Assembly: GCA_951406725.2 (NCBI GenBank)
Contig: OX597818.1
Span: 24,676,001-24,740,000, forward strand
Direction of reading: 5' to 3'
From: Octopus vulgaris
Lineage: Eukaryota
DNA: 64,000 bases
The notes below the pieces were generated by a model. The model saw nothing but the letters and a program-made list of their open reading frames with translations, made no database searches and had not been told where the DNA came from. Below are positions 1 through 13,119 of the stretch, in pieces. How positions within the stretch are numbered: position 1 is the stretch's first letter; each line of letters opens with the position of its first letter. Position numbers and translations under genes: made by a program.

Positions 1-1267
1 TATAGGAAATAAAACAATAAAGCAACAGGCTTGTGAGAAACGTTAATTGGAGACAGCTTCCAAATGTATTTCTCAAAATTGAAACAAATGCAGTTGTTCC
101 CAACAGAATTGAAATAAATGTTAAAATTATATCTTATAATAGAAAATGTTATAATTTCCAACACTATCTTTTGAAAACTTGATTGCTTAGAAAGTATTAA
201 GAGAGGAATTGAAAATGGTTAGCTGCAATGGGTAGTTTTCTTACTATTTATTCACCACAGAGTAATATATAGACTGTATGCAATATGATTAAATAGTATA
301 AGACAATGGCAAAACTTATGAGATTATACTAGAAGACCAAATATATATTCTTATTTAGAACTCGGTTTCTGTACTAGATATGACATAACTTTTTCTTATT
401 ATTTGTCTTTAAAATAATATTAAATTTTACTGCTTTCTTCTTTCTCTACATTGAAATTTGAAAAATTAGGTAAATGAATAAATAAATATAATGGTGTGTT
501 TCTCAAAATACAAATTACAACAAATCACTGCACTATTAACATAGAGATTATAAATATTGAATTCTTAAGTGAAGTATAAAGCTTAAAAGGCTTGTAAGGA
601 AATCCTATATAACAAATTCATATATGCAAAAGTTATTTTATATTTCATGAATAGAATTTACCTATTAATCAATCACATTATGGTTAATTAATAAAGTTAA
701 TTGATAAAAATACATATAATGACAAAAATCACAGTATTTCATATGGTTTGCAATTATAATTTATTTGATAATTCCTCAAAATAATTTTATTTCTCTTAAC
801 ACACAGTCCTGACTTTGGTTCTTGTTTGCTGATAACCAGAGGAGGATGTGGTGAAAACTAAAGGTTGACCCTACTTAAAGACTTGAAGCTTGGACTATGT
901 TTCAAGACTTGGTGCTAGTTCATAAAATTCAAAAACAAAAATGATACATATAGAACATTATGGCCCTTAAAATATGGAAAGTTACCTGGTCACCTTTTAT
1001 TATCTTTGACTTAATGGAAGCTAAAATCTTTTTTCATGAATTATTACTTTTAAAGATAATATCATGTTAGCATCTCATGTCATTTTTTAGTATGCATTAA
1101 GATAGTCGTAGCTGTGCAATGTAGATGATAGCAATGATGATATGACATTTATGCTATACAACCAACAATCAAATTCACCAAATTATGTTCAATACAGAGT
1201 GTTTCAGTGTCCTAAATGAACCTTTGTCATACTTACAAGCCAATTGAATGAAAAATATAGTTTTTAC

Positions 1268-1380
1268 CTTTTCAGTTATAGTTTGAGATAGGAAGAGTGT
1301 ACATATGACCTTTGTAAGTCCTTCCAGTCTGGTGACGGTGATGTGATTTATGATTAGCTTGCATTTATGTAGGTTGAATT
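1268..1380 (-). other. candidate exon of an unidentified minus-strand gene/pseudogene
   Basis: Strong acceptor ttttttttttcctgcag| and donor AAG|gtaaaa. One open frame: FNLHKCKLIINHITVTRLEGLTKVICTLFLSQTITEK. No homology recognised. Confidence 0.4.
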
Positions 1381-1449
1381 CTGCAGGAAAAAAAAAACAT
1401 GTACAGAGAATTGCAATTCTGAGGGGAAAAAAACTTCTATTTTCAAACT

Positions 1450-2780
1450 TTGGAGATGAGTGCCTTTAAGTGTGTTAAGTGGTAGATGAGATGTATGGTT
1501 CATATCTTGATAGTTAAATGGAGTAGGAACCAATGTATTAACAATGGAAGGAACTGAGACAGGATATTGTATGCTGGTGAGTTATCATGATGAGAGTGTT
1601 GAGGCAGTATCTGAGCAAATCAAATGGAACAAATGCAAGATATTTTTTATTTGCAACACCAATTTATCAGTTTATTACTTGCATGCACACATGTATAAAG
1701 TAGGGAAGGTACGAACAGTGATGATGCTAAGAGAGTTGAAGGGTAGGGAAATAAGGCATAATTTATCAGATGTAAAAACAGCCAAGTGGAAAGCAGAAGC
1801 AGAAACTGATGACATCCTGCCTACACTTACACACTGAGATATGGTGGGTGCCATACAAATTGATTGGAAACAGCTTGGATTTGGTTTAGATCAGTTTGGG
1901 CCATTTGAAAGCAAGATGCAGTGCAAACACAGATTTGTTGTTAGTAGCAATATCAAGACAAGGGAAACAAGGAAAAGAGGACCTCATTTGATTTGATGTT
2001 CTCAACAAGGATAAATAACAAGATGGGAGAAACACATAATTGAGAAAAAAATAAGATGGAATGAAATATGGAAGTGGAGTACATCATGTCTGAGTTTTTT
2101 TATTCATTCATCCTATGATGCCTTAACCAACAGTTTCAAAAAAATCACAGAAGAAACCAGCCAGAGAGTTCATTATTTTCATGCATCCAGAACAGCAGAT
2201 CTATTTGAAGAAGAAACATGCTGTGAACGATGAAAAGTGGAATGTCTATCGAGAGGTGGCTGTAGATTTACCAGGGTGCCAAGGATTCTACCCCATTCCA
2301 GTGATGAAAAAACCAGATATTATAATATTATGTGAGAAAAAGAAAGTAGTAAATCTGGTCAAGTTAACAGTTTCTCATGAGGATAACATGGACACTGCTT
2401 ATACTCAAAAGATTGACAGTTACAAACATCACAAGTAATGTGAAGACATAGACTAGAAAGCAGAGCATTATCCAATCGAAGTTGGATGTAGAAGATTCAT
2501 TGGAAACAGTGCAAGGCAATGATTGTTGTTGTCAGATCTAACTCATCATTAAGTAAATACCACCATGAGTGATATCCAGGCTACAGTGGAGAAGGCAAGC
2601 TACTGGAAGTCTAGAAACCAGTTGATCTAACAAGTGGGGCCAGTGTGCAATAATATCGCCAAGAGGAAGACTTTAAGATGATGTGCATTCTCTCTTCATG
2701 ACTCTATGAGACTGCTAGTGTTCAGTATGTGGAGCTTTCAACTGGTAACACTTGCATCTGCAAGTTGTTTGCAAATAATA
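1450..2780 (+). mobile_element. decayed non-LTR retrotransposon with restriction-like endonuclease (HERO/NeSL-like), 3' part
   Basis: Fragments VKTAKWKAEAETDDI...DMVGAIQ, KPDIIIL..KKVVNLVKLTVSHED, HYPIEVGC match the PD..E/K RLE C-terminus. Many stops. Confidence 0.7.
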
Positions 2781-2794
2781 CACACACACACACA

Positions 2795-2962
2795 CACATC
2801 TGATGAACCTCCATACAGTTTAACTCTACCAAATTTCACTCATAAGTCATTGATCAACTTGAAACATTAGAAGACATGTACTCAAGGTATCACATTGTGG
2901 GATTGGATGCAGAACCATGTGACTATATTAGTGAACTTCTTAACCACACTGTAATGCCTGTT
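2795..2962 (-). mobile_element. tRNA-derived SINE, degenerate
   Basis: Similar to the better-preserved copy at 29905-30069. Confidence 0.65.
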
Positions 2963-3207
2963 TCTGTTTTAGATACACCTATCTAATTTGATGGTCTGAA
3001 TTTCAGTGTACATTTAAGATGTCAAGACTTATGACTGTGAAACTCTATACATCTATATTGATTTTGCTGAATGTTCTCTTGTCAACAATTAACATGTAAA
3101 TATTAAACAATATCTATATTACCAAACATTGACCTTTCTTCACATACATCAACAAACTAAACATACATTTTCGTGTTTGTATATGTGTGTGTGTATGTAT
3201 GTATGTA

Positions 3208-4456
3208 CAAGTGGGTACCCAAAAGAAACTGGAATTTTGCAATATTATCTTATTCACTTGGCTTTACATGTTTACACTTTTATTGCCTTCAAAATATTTC
3301 CCATTTGAAGCAATTTATCAGTCTTGATGTGTTTTTCATTGTTCGAAGAAGTCCTGGAACTCTTGTCAAGTGATGCCTTTTAATGCCTCTGTTGTTTTTG
3401 ACTTCACCTCTTCCACATCTGCAAAATGTTTTCCTTTAAGGACTTTTTCATTCAGAAGAACAAAAGAAAAAAATACGTTGTAGAGAGCAAGATTGGATAA
3501 ATAGAGAGGGTGGGTAAGCTGAGTAATGCCATTTTTGGTCAAAAACTGTTTTACATGCAAGGTAGTGTGCAAAGGTGCATTGTTGTGATGAAACCACCAC
3601 TCTCCACTTTGCCACTGGTTGGGGTGTTTTCATCTCATTGCGTCTTGCAAATGCTTCAGAATTGCCAAGTAAAGAGTCTCGTTAACAGTTTAACTAAGAG
3701 AAACAAAATTTGTGGAGAAAATTCCTTTCACATGGATGAAACAAATCAGCATTGTTTTGACATTGGATTTCACTTGACACACTTTTTGGGAGTGTGATGA
3801 CATTGAATGCTGCTTCGTTTTCAGCACCAGTTATGTCGCCCATGATGACCTTTGAAAAATGGTTCTGATCAACTTCCAATCGTTCTTTCAGTTCATGACA
3901 AGCTTTCAGTCATAACTGCTTTTGATCTTCCTTGAGCGAGCAAGACGTACATTTTGCTTCAACACTTTTCATTCCCAATTCCTCACTCAAATCTCATCAA
4001 TTGTTTGGCGATGTTCCTCCAAGATCAGTTCATGAGTTTTCATGATGTTTTCATTTGTTTGGGAGGTTGAGAGTTGTCCTGAATGAAGTTGGTCTTCAAG
4101 TGACAAGTGATCATTCCTAAAACATGAAAACCACTCATAAACTTGTGTTTTGCTCACGGTAGCATTCTTGTAGGATGTTTGAAGCATGACAACTGTTTCG
4201 GCCACTGTTTTCCCCAGCAGAAAACGGAATTTCATGGAGACACGCTGTCCCTTCATTTCAGCCATTGCGAAAATTGACAAATAGGGGAGAAGCACTGCAA
4301 AACAAAGATGTACCATGTGGCAGTATGACTTTACTTGACAATACCAGTCAGTAGATGCCTGAGGGTTGCATCGAGTGGCTTCTAGTAGCAGAAGCCTGAA
4401 CTACAATGGGCTTGTCCTACAGAGAGTGTTTCTCATTACTTCTGGGTACCTCTGTG
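3208..4456 (-). mobile_element. mariner DNA transposon, full-length but inactivated
   Basis: TA-flanked degenerate TIRs (caagtgggtacccaaaag / tctgggtacctctgtg). Transposase pieces MKFRFLLGKTVAETVVML..VYEWFSCF and QLTHPLYLSNLA..LKGKHFADVEEVK. Confidence 0.85.
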
Positions 4457-4854
4457 TATGCATGCATGCATGTATGTATATTTGTATGCATGCATGTATA
4501 TATGTATGTATGCATGCATGCATGTATGTATGTATCAGTAACAGAGGGTGACTAGGATGCTAGGGCATGCAGTTCATGCCACCAAGGTTGTGGGGGGTGG
4601 ATTTCCGAGTGTTCCACCATCCCCTGTTTTCCGTGAAAAGTGTAGTATTATATATGCTTTGAGATATGGGGAGTCTGAAAATGGAAATAGTCCACCCCAC
4701 TACAATGTACCGTTTTGAAGTAGTAAGACACAAAAAATGTACATATAACTTTGGAAATTACCTTCCAACGATTTCATCCAGTAAGATTTCATCCAGAGAG
4801 ACAGCAATCATGTATGAAGATGGAGCAATCACTAGTATATACTTATATATGTAT

Positions 4855-4975
4855 CCATGTATGCCTGCATGTATGTATGTATGTTTGTGTGTATGCATGT
4901 ATGTGTGTGTATCTGTCTGTCTGTCTGTCTGTCTGTCTGTCAGTCTGTCTGTCTGTCTGTCTATCTGTCTATCTG

Positions 4976-5036
<61 letters not shown>
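4855..5036. repeat. compound microsatellite (TGTA)n(TCTG)n(TCTA)n
   Basis: Directly visible; explains the spurious ORFs at 4666-5080. Confidence 0.95.
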
Positions 5037-5037
<1 letters not shown>

Positions 5038-5476
5038 ACCTTCAGTTAAATTGGTAGATAGTGCCCAAATAGATGTATAATTAAACAACAGACAATTGAA
5101 ATAATACTAAATTGAATATAAGCTTGAAATAAAAGCAGGAAAAAGACGATAAAGTGAACTTGAATATGAATTTGAAATGAAAAAAAATATGTATTTATTG
5201 TGTGTGTATGTGTGACAGAGGAGATTCACCTACACCTACACTTCAAATTTTGTTAAATTCAAATCTACCAATTCAAAGAACACTAGTGCCACAATGAGAT
5301 ATAATAGTAATAAAAACAAATGGATAAATGAATAAATGATTCAAACCAACATCTAAGAACTGACAATATATAAAGCATAACTATGTGAGGTATTAGTGAA
5401 AAGGTCACTTGATGATAATTTCATGATTAAAGAGTGGATATTCATAACTGAACAATAAAAAGTGAAAAACAAATGA

Positions 5477-5524
<48 letters not shown>

Positions 5525-5559
5525 GTGGTGATGGTGATGGTGATAAAAAAAAAGGCAGA

Positions 5560-8500
5560 GGAACTCAGAAGAGTCAATGGCCATTCCGAAAAGGGTAGAC
5601 AGAACTCGTGAGCCTTGGTTGGCAGTCTGTCTAGGAGAAGGAACATTCTGATTTAAAACTGGGGTAGATAGGACTCCTTAGTCAGTGATGTCAACCTGTC
5701 AGTATCCAATGGCTCCATGCCTGAGATGAACGTGAATGAATCATGACTTAACTCTGGAGCTATATTTGGATGAAGATAAAGACCAACTGACATTCACCTA
5801 TCTCCTAATGAGATTCATGATCATGGTCCACAACACACAGAAATGCAATGGGAACAGGCCCAACTTATGGGTAATAAGAGCTCTGCAGTCTTAGTTGACA
5901 ATCTTACTAGAGATGGTATGTCAATAAAAATACCAGCTGGTGGCTAACCTTAAAACACATACCTCAATGTTGAGTGAAAATTTCTAATACAAATGTATCA
6001 AATAATGGTGTTAATGAGGCTGGAACCAAAGGTGAAAGCCTAGCAGGTGCCCTGTGGTTGAGCAACGCAGGCTTGGTCTTTATCCAGAGACTGCTTATAC
6101 ACAAAGTCAGAGGTAGAGAAGAAGGAGGCAAACCGAATGGTAATTGAATGCTTGATCAGGAGTGAACCCAGTAGAAGGGGATTCCAACAATGCATGAAAG
6201 CAAAATGGAATGAAACGGGACTCTTCGAAATAAGTGAGCAACGGCTAGCCGACCAGGCAAGAACAATAAGAGCAAAAGGGTGCTTAACAGGCATGGAAAT
6301 TAAAGAGATAAAAAGGAATGTAGAAAATACAAATAATACTTCACCAACAGATAATATTAGGTTATCAAGAAAGTTCTTGCAGTTTTTAACCTTTAAATTC
6401 AGATGCACATATCTTGGCTCAAACAAAACTTTATTAATCAAAATAAACACCATCAGAATCAGCACACTTTTGCCAATGCAAAACAAGTTTATTCATGCCA
6501 GTAGTGTAAAAACCCTGCATTCTGGTGGTGATGAAGTCGTTGAAAGTGTGTTTGGCATCGTCTTGGTTTTTGAAGCATTTCTCACGCAGGAAGTTGTTGA
6601 GATGCTTGAAAAAGTGGTAGTCAGTAAGCGAGAGATCTGGTGAGTAGGGCGGATGAGGCAGAGTTTCGTAGCCTAATTCGTTCAACTTCTGCAGGATCAG
6701 CTGTGCGATGTGTGGCCGAGCATTGTTGTGGAGAAGAATTGGTCCTTTTCTATTGACCAACGCTGGCTGTTGTCGGATTTTCTTTGCATTTCATCCATTT
6801 GCTAACAGTACTTCTCCACTGTAATGGTTTCCCCTGGATCCAAAAAGCTGTGATGGATGAGGCCAACCACAGACCACCAAACAGTCACCATGGCCTCCTT
6901 TTGGTGCAACTTTGGCTTCGGGAAGTGCCGTGGAGCTTCATCGGCATCCAACCACTGAGCTGAGCATTGCCGGTTGTCGTAAAGAATCCACTTTTCATCA
7001 CGTCACAATCCGGTCAAGAAACAGGTCATTCTTGTTGTGTAAAAGAAGGGAAGATAACACTTCAAAACGGCGTTTTTTTGGTTGTTATTCAATTTGTGCG
7101 GTACCCATTTCTCAAGTATTTTTGTTTCTCCAGTCTCTTTCAAGTGGTTGGAAATTGTCATATAGGTTATGTCTAATTCAAAAGCAAGCTCTCGAACAGT
7201 TATGCATGGATTGGGTTCCACTAAGGCTCTTAGTTGATCGTAGTGGCTCTTAGTTAAGCATAGTGGCCGACCACTACACTTATCATTTTCAAGACTCTTG
7301 TCACCACTACGAAATTTCTTGAATCACCATTGTACTGTACATTCATTAGTGGTTCCTGGGCCAAATGCATTGTTGATATTGCAAGCTGTTTCAACAGCTT
7401 TTCTGACTAGCTTGAACTGGAATAAGAAAATTGTGCGAATTTGCTTTTTGTCCATGTTGTATTCAACGTTCCAGAAAAAAATGGCCTAATTGTTCAAAAA
7501 GAAAAAGAGTAACACGATTAGATAGAGCGAAAAACGGGTTTTAAAATGATATATAAAGTCAAAGTAATTTAACGAGAATTAATTTGAAAATACATAATTT
7601 AAAACCAAAATTAAAAATTCTGCAAGAACTTTCCTGACAACCTAATATACCCAGCAAGGACAGAGAAATGAATTGCGGCAGTGAAGATGTAGAGCAAAGT
7701 GTAAATGTAAATTCATTCTCAGAAAATGAAGCAGAAGTAATGAGAAGAGCTATATCACAAGAATATGATGATGACCAACAAGACATAGAGAGGTTGCTAT
7801 GCCGATATATTAGAGAAGACCAGGATTGTGCACCCCTCAATCTGCAGTACATTGATTGATGTAAACTCAAAGTTGAAACCAAAAAGATAGAGTTGGTCCT
7901 TGGGCTATTCCAGACATGAGAAATATAACTGAAACTAACAAGATTATTTGGGCTGCAGCTATAGTTGCTGCAGATAGAGTTAGATACAAAGGAAGAAAAC
8001 AAACAGAACATAAAGAACCATACTGGTGTAGATGGATTTGTGGGGAACAAAGTTAAAAAGACATTTAGGACAAGTTGATAGATTGAGTAAGGGGTAATTG
8101 CAGAGCGAAAGCATAAGAATAATACTAGAAAGAACATATAGAATAAGAGATAAAGGGTATGAGATGATATTGGAAGAAATGAAACAAAGAGCAGTAGTAA
8201 TCAAAGCAAAACTGGAAAGATGCGACAATAGAATGAAACAATTTAGGCAAAAACAGATTATTTGAAGTTAATCAGAAGAAACTGTTTCAAGAACTTGATG
8301 GGCAATTACACATAACAATGAAACCAGATGCAGAGGAAAGCAAGGCATTCTGGGAGGGATCTGGGACTAACCTGTAGAGCATAATGATGAAGCAGAGTAG
8401 CTGCATGAAATCCAAGATAGATTAAGTAATATAGAAGGCCAAGAAGACATAAAAATAACTATAGAAATGATAAAAAAGCAGTTAAGAAAATTCCCTAATT

Positions 8501-8930
8501 GGAAGAGTCCAGGACTGGACAGGGTCCAGGGTTATTGGATGAAGAAACTGAGAGGGCTCCATGAAAGGATAGTGAAACAGCTAGATGAATGCTTGTAGGA
8601 AGGCGCAGTACTCAGCTGGATGACAAAGGGGAAGACATTATAATGTGCCAAGGATCCTGAAAAGGGAAGTGTTGCATCCATTTTTTGACCAATATCATGT
8701 CTTCCACTAATGTGGAAACTTATTGACAGCAAGGAATCAAGTATTAGGAGAGGTGTCTTCCAGGGGGATAGTGTGTCCCCACTGATCTTTGTGCTGGGGA
8801 TGATCCTTGTGAGTGAAATACTACAAAAAACAAAGTTGGAGTATGACTTGGGGAGAGGTAAGAGAAAATTGAACCATTTGCTATTCATGAACAACTCAAA
8901 GTTGTTTACAAAAAGTGAAGCCAATCTTGG
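5560..8930 (+). mobile_element. R4/Dong-clade non-LTR retrotransposon, decayed, interrupted by a mariner and internally deleted in RT
   Basis: N-terminal RGFQQCMKAKW..SEQRLADQARTI motif. RT motifs NWKSPGLDRVQGYWMKK, PISCLPLMWKL, RRGVFQGDSVSPLIF, NHLLFM. Confidence 0.8.
6357..7645 (-). mobile_element. mariner transposon, cecropia subfamily (Hsmar1/SETMAR-like)
   Basis: TIRs ttaggttatcaagaaagttcttgcag / ctgcaagaactttcctgacaacctaa with TA on both sides. C-terminus NRKGPILLHNNARPH..LPHPPYSPDLSLTDYHFFKHL..WQKC. Confidence 0.92.
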
Positions 8931-9254
8931 TGGAATTTGAACTCAGAATGTAGCGATGAGCAAAATACCACTGAGCATTTTGCCTGGCATTCTAATGATT
9001 CTGCTGCTGGCTGCCTTAATAATAATTGCTTCTAATTTAGACACAAGGCTAACAATTTTGAAAGATGTTATCATCAACTTCAGTGGTAGATTGGTACTTT
9101 ATTGGCTCTGAAAGTATGAAAGGCAAAGTTAATTTGAACTCAGAACCAGAACAAATACTGCAAGACATTTTTTCCGATGCTCAAATGATTCTGCAAGCTT
9201 GCCACCACCTTAACAATGGTGATGATAATGATGATGATGACAACGACGATGATG

Positions 9255-9900
9255 ATTTCTTTTTATTTGCTGAAGGGCATTGGATTAAAGGGGAAGTACA
9301 AGGAGAGGTTATATTATACATAGTACAGAGGTTTACATAAAATAGGATAAGGATGAGAAAAAAAGAGATGTATTCATTCTTGAGTGGCTCTACAGATCCA
9401 AGGTTACTTTGTTTACCAAGGACAAGTGCTCTCTTCCAGCTGTCATTCTCTGACCCTTAATCACATGCTGAGAGTAGACCCATTCATTGTGGTTATTTTT
9501 TGCTACTGTCCTCTACTTTTTAACAAATTTACTGGAAAAAGGAACCGCCTACTCCATCCTCACCTTTCTTTCTGAGAGGAACTTTGAAAAGTCATTGATG
9601 GCTTGACTGAAAAGGATGTGCCTGTCTTCAGTTTCCCTAGCCTTGTCTATCACACAACCTCTTTTATCATAGTCACCTGACAGCCAAAAACCTTCTATCC
9701 TTCATAGTTAAAGGAGATTTATGCAATGGGTGATCTCTGCAATGGACTCAGGTTATAGCTGGGTCTATCTTGCACATGGTGACAGCTATTTGACGTGACT
9801 CCACAGTTTAATAATGACTGCACACTCATTGAATGCATACAAGATAATTTCATCACTCTGCACACATTCTGGATAGTTCCATTCGATTGCACTTTCATGC
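9255..9900 (-). mobile_element. highly decayed L1/Tx1-like LINE 3' end
   Basis: Weak resemblance to the clearer Tx1-like C-terminus at 45885-46170; A-rich 3' end near 9260. Confidence 0.4.
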
Positions 9901-10039
9901 TTTTATGTTTATATGTAGTATCTTCTCTCTTGTGCATCTTTGTTTTTGCAGTGGCTGATGATGTTGTTGCTACAGCAGTCTTTGATATACCTTTCTATAC
10001 CATGTGGCATACATACATAGAGATAGACATGTATGTATG

Positions 10040-11480
10040 TTGTTATTTAGTTTTATTTCAAAATTTCATGCGAATAGAGAAAGAGCCAATTAGAAACCCA
10101 AGGCTCCTTCATTGGAATTTCAACATCAATAGAGTATGTATGTATATTTGTATGTATATGTGCAGATTTGTATGTTTTGTTTTATGTATGCATTCTCATG
10201 CATATAGTTGCATATCTAGGCATGCTCATATATATTTAAATGATAAACTTCTGGAAAGTTTTACAGATTTTTACAGTTCCAGTGAAGGCTTGGATCTGTG
10301 GTCTTCGAATCAGCCTTCTCCTTTCTGGTTCTGAGAAGCCTAATTTCTCAAGATTGGTACTTAGGTTATGTGTTACATATCCCAGTGCCCCAATAATTAC
10401 AGGTATAAACCTGAACTTGTAATCTGGGTAGAGTAACTGTAGATTTCTCAATAGTTTAGCATAGGTTATTTTCTTTTTCACTGATCTTTAGCTTTATCTG
10501 CTGGGCAGCTGACTTCAATAACTGTATGCAATAACTGGCTTCAATAACTGGGCAGCTGACTTCAATAACTGTATGCTGACTTCAATAACTGTATCCCAAA
10601 TCATTATGTCTGGTCTATTATATCTACACTTTATTGAGGTTTTCACTGGGACATTCCACCAGTACTCCTTCTTATTACGAGTGGCTATAGCTTCCATCAT
10701 ACTGTGGGTTATTATTTCTTTGACGTCAGGTTTATTCTTCCAATGGATCTCATACAGTGTCTTAACCACAACATCATGTCTTATTGGTAGATAATACTGT
10801 GATGACATTTTCAGGCAACTGCTTATGATGTGGGTGATATCTTCAGTGCTAACTCCATGAAGTCTGCATTTAGCTAATATTTCCTCTTCCTGGATTGCAA
10901 ACATATACCCTTCAAAGTGGGAGACAGTAATCTGTTTGTTGGTCCATGATAGACTTCTTTGATGATCAATGTTACTATGCTGTTGAAGGGATATGATATG
11001 ACATTCAAAGGCAATTTGGGTTGATGTTAACCACCCACTGGCCATTTTTGTTTTAGGTAGTGGTAGTCTACATCACTGTTGATATGGAAATTATGTATGC
11101 TGGTTAGTATCTTCCAGATTTTCACATCAATGGCTCAGATCTCATCAAGCATCCAGTCAAGTAGCCCAAACGTTGGTATGAGTACTGGTACTGCAAACAC
11201 ATTGTGGGCCACTGTTTTAATGAAAGCAGAGAGTTCTGAGGTCCATATTTTCTTTATTCGGCTGTAATATTCTTTAGTGACATGTGTCTTGTTACAGGTG
11301 CCATCGTAAGATATGTTTTTATCCACCCCAATGTACTTGTAACATTCCTAGTCAGATACAGAGAAAACAGTTAAGTCATTGAAGATGTTGCTAGTCTGGT
11401 TTACAGTTTTTCCTCTTTTCACAACCATATAACAACATTTATCCTGACCAAACTCCAACCCTATATCCTTTGAGAATGTA
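10040..11480 (-). mobile_element. R4/Dong-like LINE 3' portion (RT end, zinc knuckle, RLE)
   Basis: FSKDIGLEFGQDKC, EGYMFAIQE, THIISSC..RHDVV, NRPDIMIWD, FIPVIIGALGYV. Confidence 0.8.
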
Positions 11481-11493
11481 TGTATGTACATAC

Positions 11494-11545
<52 letters not shown>

Positions 11546-11606
11546 ATAGGTAGGTAGATAAGAAGGCAAGTAGGTAGTCACTTTACTAATTATACTACAG
11601 TCTCTC

Positions 11607-11945
11607 AATGAAATCCCAGCTAACAAAGCAGCAACTTTTCAAGGTCCTTGCTACTAAGAAAGTATTAACAGAAATCTGATCACTGCTAATAATAACACAA
11701 CTAACAACAGAGATCTTTGCCTCTAAGAGAGTAACTATAGTATGTAAATGTGTTCCATTCTAATAAGTCAGTAACTAGTAAAATGAGATTCCAGCTTCTA
11801 CAAAATTAAATAAACACATGAAATATTAGCTACTAAGACAGCAGCTATCCAAAATGAAATCCCTGTTACTAATAGAGCAACAAGGCAAGTAAAATCCCTG
11901 CCACTAGTGTAGCAACTATACTAATGCGATTCTTCCCACTAAGTA
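11607..11945 (+). repeat. degenerate ~36-bp minisatellite
   Basis: About 9 diverged units resembling aatgaaatccctgctactaagacagcaactatac. Confidence 0.6.
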
Positions 11946-13119
11946 GTAGGGGCCTCACTAGCCTAGTTTTTCTTTTAGTTGCATTCATACACCTTTAGCC
12001 GTGGGGATTTTCTGATCACTGTTTTAACACAATTTTTTCCAGCTTTATAGGTCTTGAGAAAGGAGCAGTATCCATGTCTTTCACAGGCTCTGCAATAGAA
12101 AGAGAAATAATGTGTAAATGAGAGAGAACAAATGAGTAGCAATAAGACCATGTGCAGGTAAGAGATAGAATGTGATGGACATTAGTAATGAGTGATGAGG
12201 GAGTAATCAGGGAGGGAGCAAGAGAGTGATGGCTAGCAATAAAGAAGTGATAGTAGAGGGAATTGAATATAGACAAATTCAATGCTATCCCTTGTTACAT
12301 ATAGTGTGATAAAGTAAGGAGGACTTGTGATAGATGAGAGGATAACAAAAAAGATGGGCAAGGTGTTAAATAGGGCCTTCACAGGAATATAATGAGTGAG
12401 AATTCCTCATCACCCCCATTATAATGTCTAGTTTGTCATGATTGCATAGGTGGACTAATCCCTCTAGTATTTCTTACTTGTTACTTCTTGTTGCAATCCT
12501 ACTTCATGAAGTTCATTTTATTGAAGGCAGTCTTCAATACTTTAGATCATGTTTTCCTGGGTCTCTTTCTTTCTTAGGTATCATTCACTGTGAGTACTCA
12601 ACACTTCTTTATACAACTGATGGCATACCTACACAAGTGTGCCCCCTCCCTCCAACTTTATTTCAATGTAACTTTCAGAAAAATGGATATTTAGTGATGA
12701 AATTTTCTACAAATACCTTTCAGAAGGTGTAAATTATGACTATATTATAATTTAAAGTGAAAAAAAATATTGGTGGGCATGCACACATATATACTAACAC
12801 ATAATACTTTTCTGCACTCTGAACACCACTTCTCATCTTTCCCTATCTGACCTACCCCTACTATGATCCCAACACCTCTATTTTCCTCAATGACTCTCTC
12901 AGGATTCCTCTCCGTCCTAGTCTGCTAATGCCTTTCCTTCATTCCTTCTGTCAATACTAGCCCCTTATAATGTTGGCTAGCTCTAGAACCTGTCTTAGAC
13001 AACTCAGTTATCACCTCCTCATCCTGCATGTGATAGAATTTGCAGTTATATAATTTTTCTTTCTTTGCCAGTGTTGAACAACTTCAAAAAGTTTAAAACC
13101 ATTTTAATTTTATTAAGCA

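Noticed and set aside
1-400. possible plus-strand micro-exons
   Set aside because: Weak splice sites and stops in the frames examined; cannot be supported.
2799-2830. CTGATGA as a hammerhead core
   Set aside because: No GAAA or helices follow; it is a mutated SINE end.
4366-5646. ORFs rich in YLSI/VCLS/poly-I
   Set aside because: Translations of microsatellites.
6137-6643. 168-aa ORF as a novel fusion protein
   Set aside because: R4 LINE N-terminus reading into the antisense strand of an inserted mariner.
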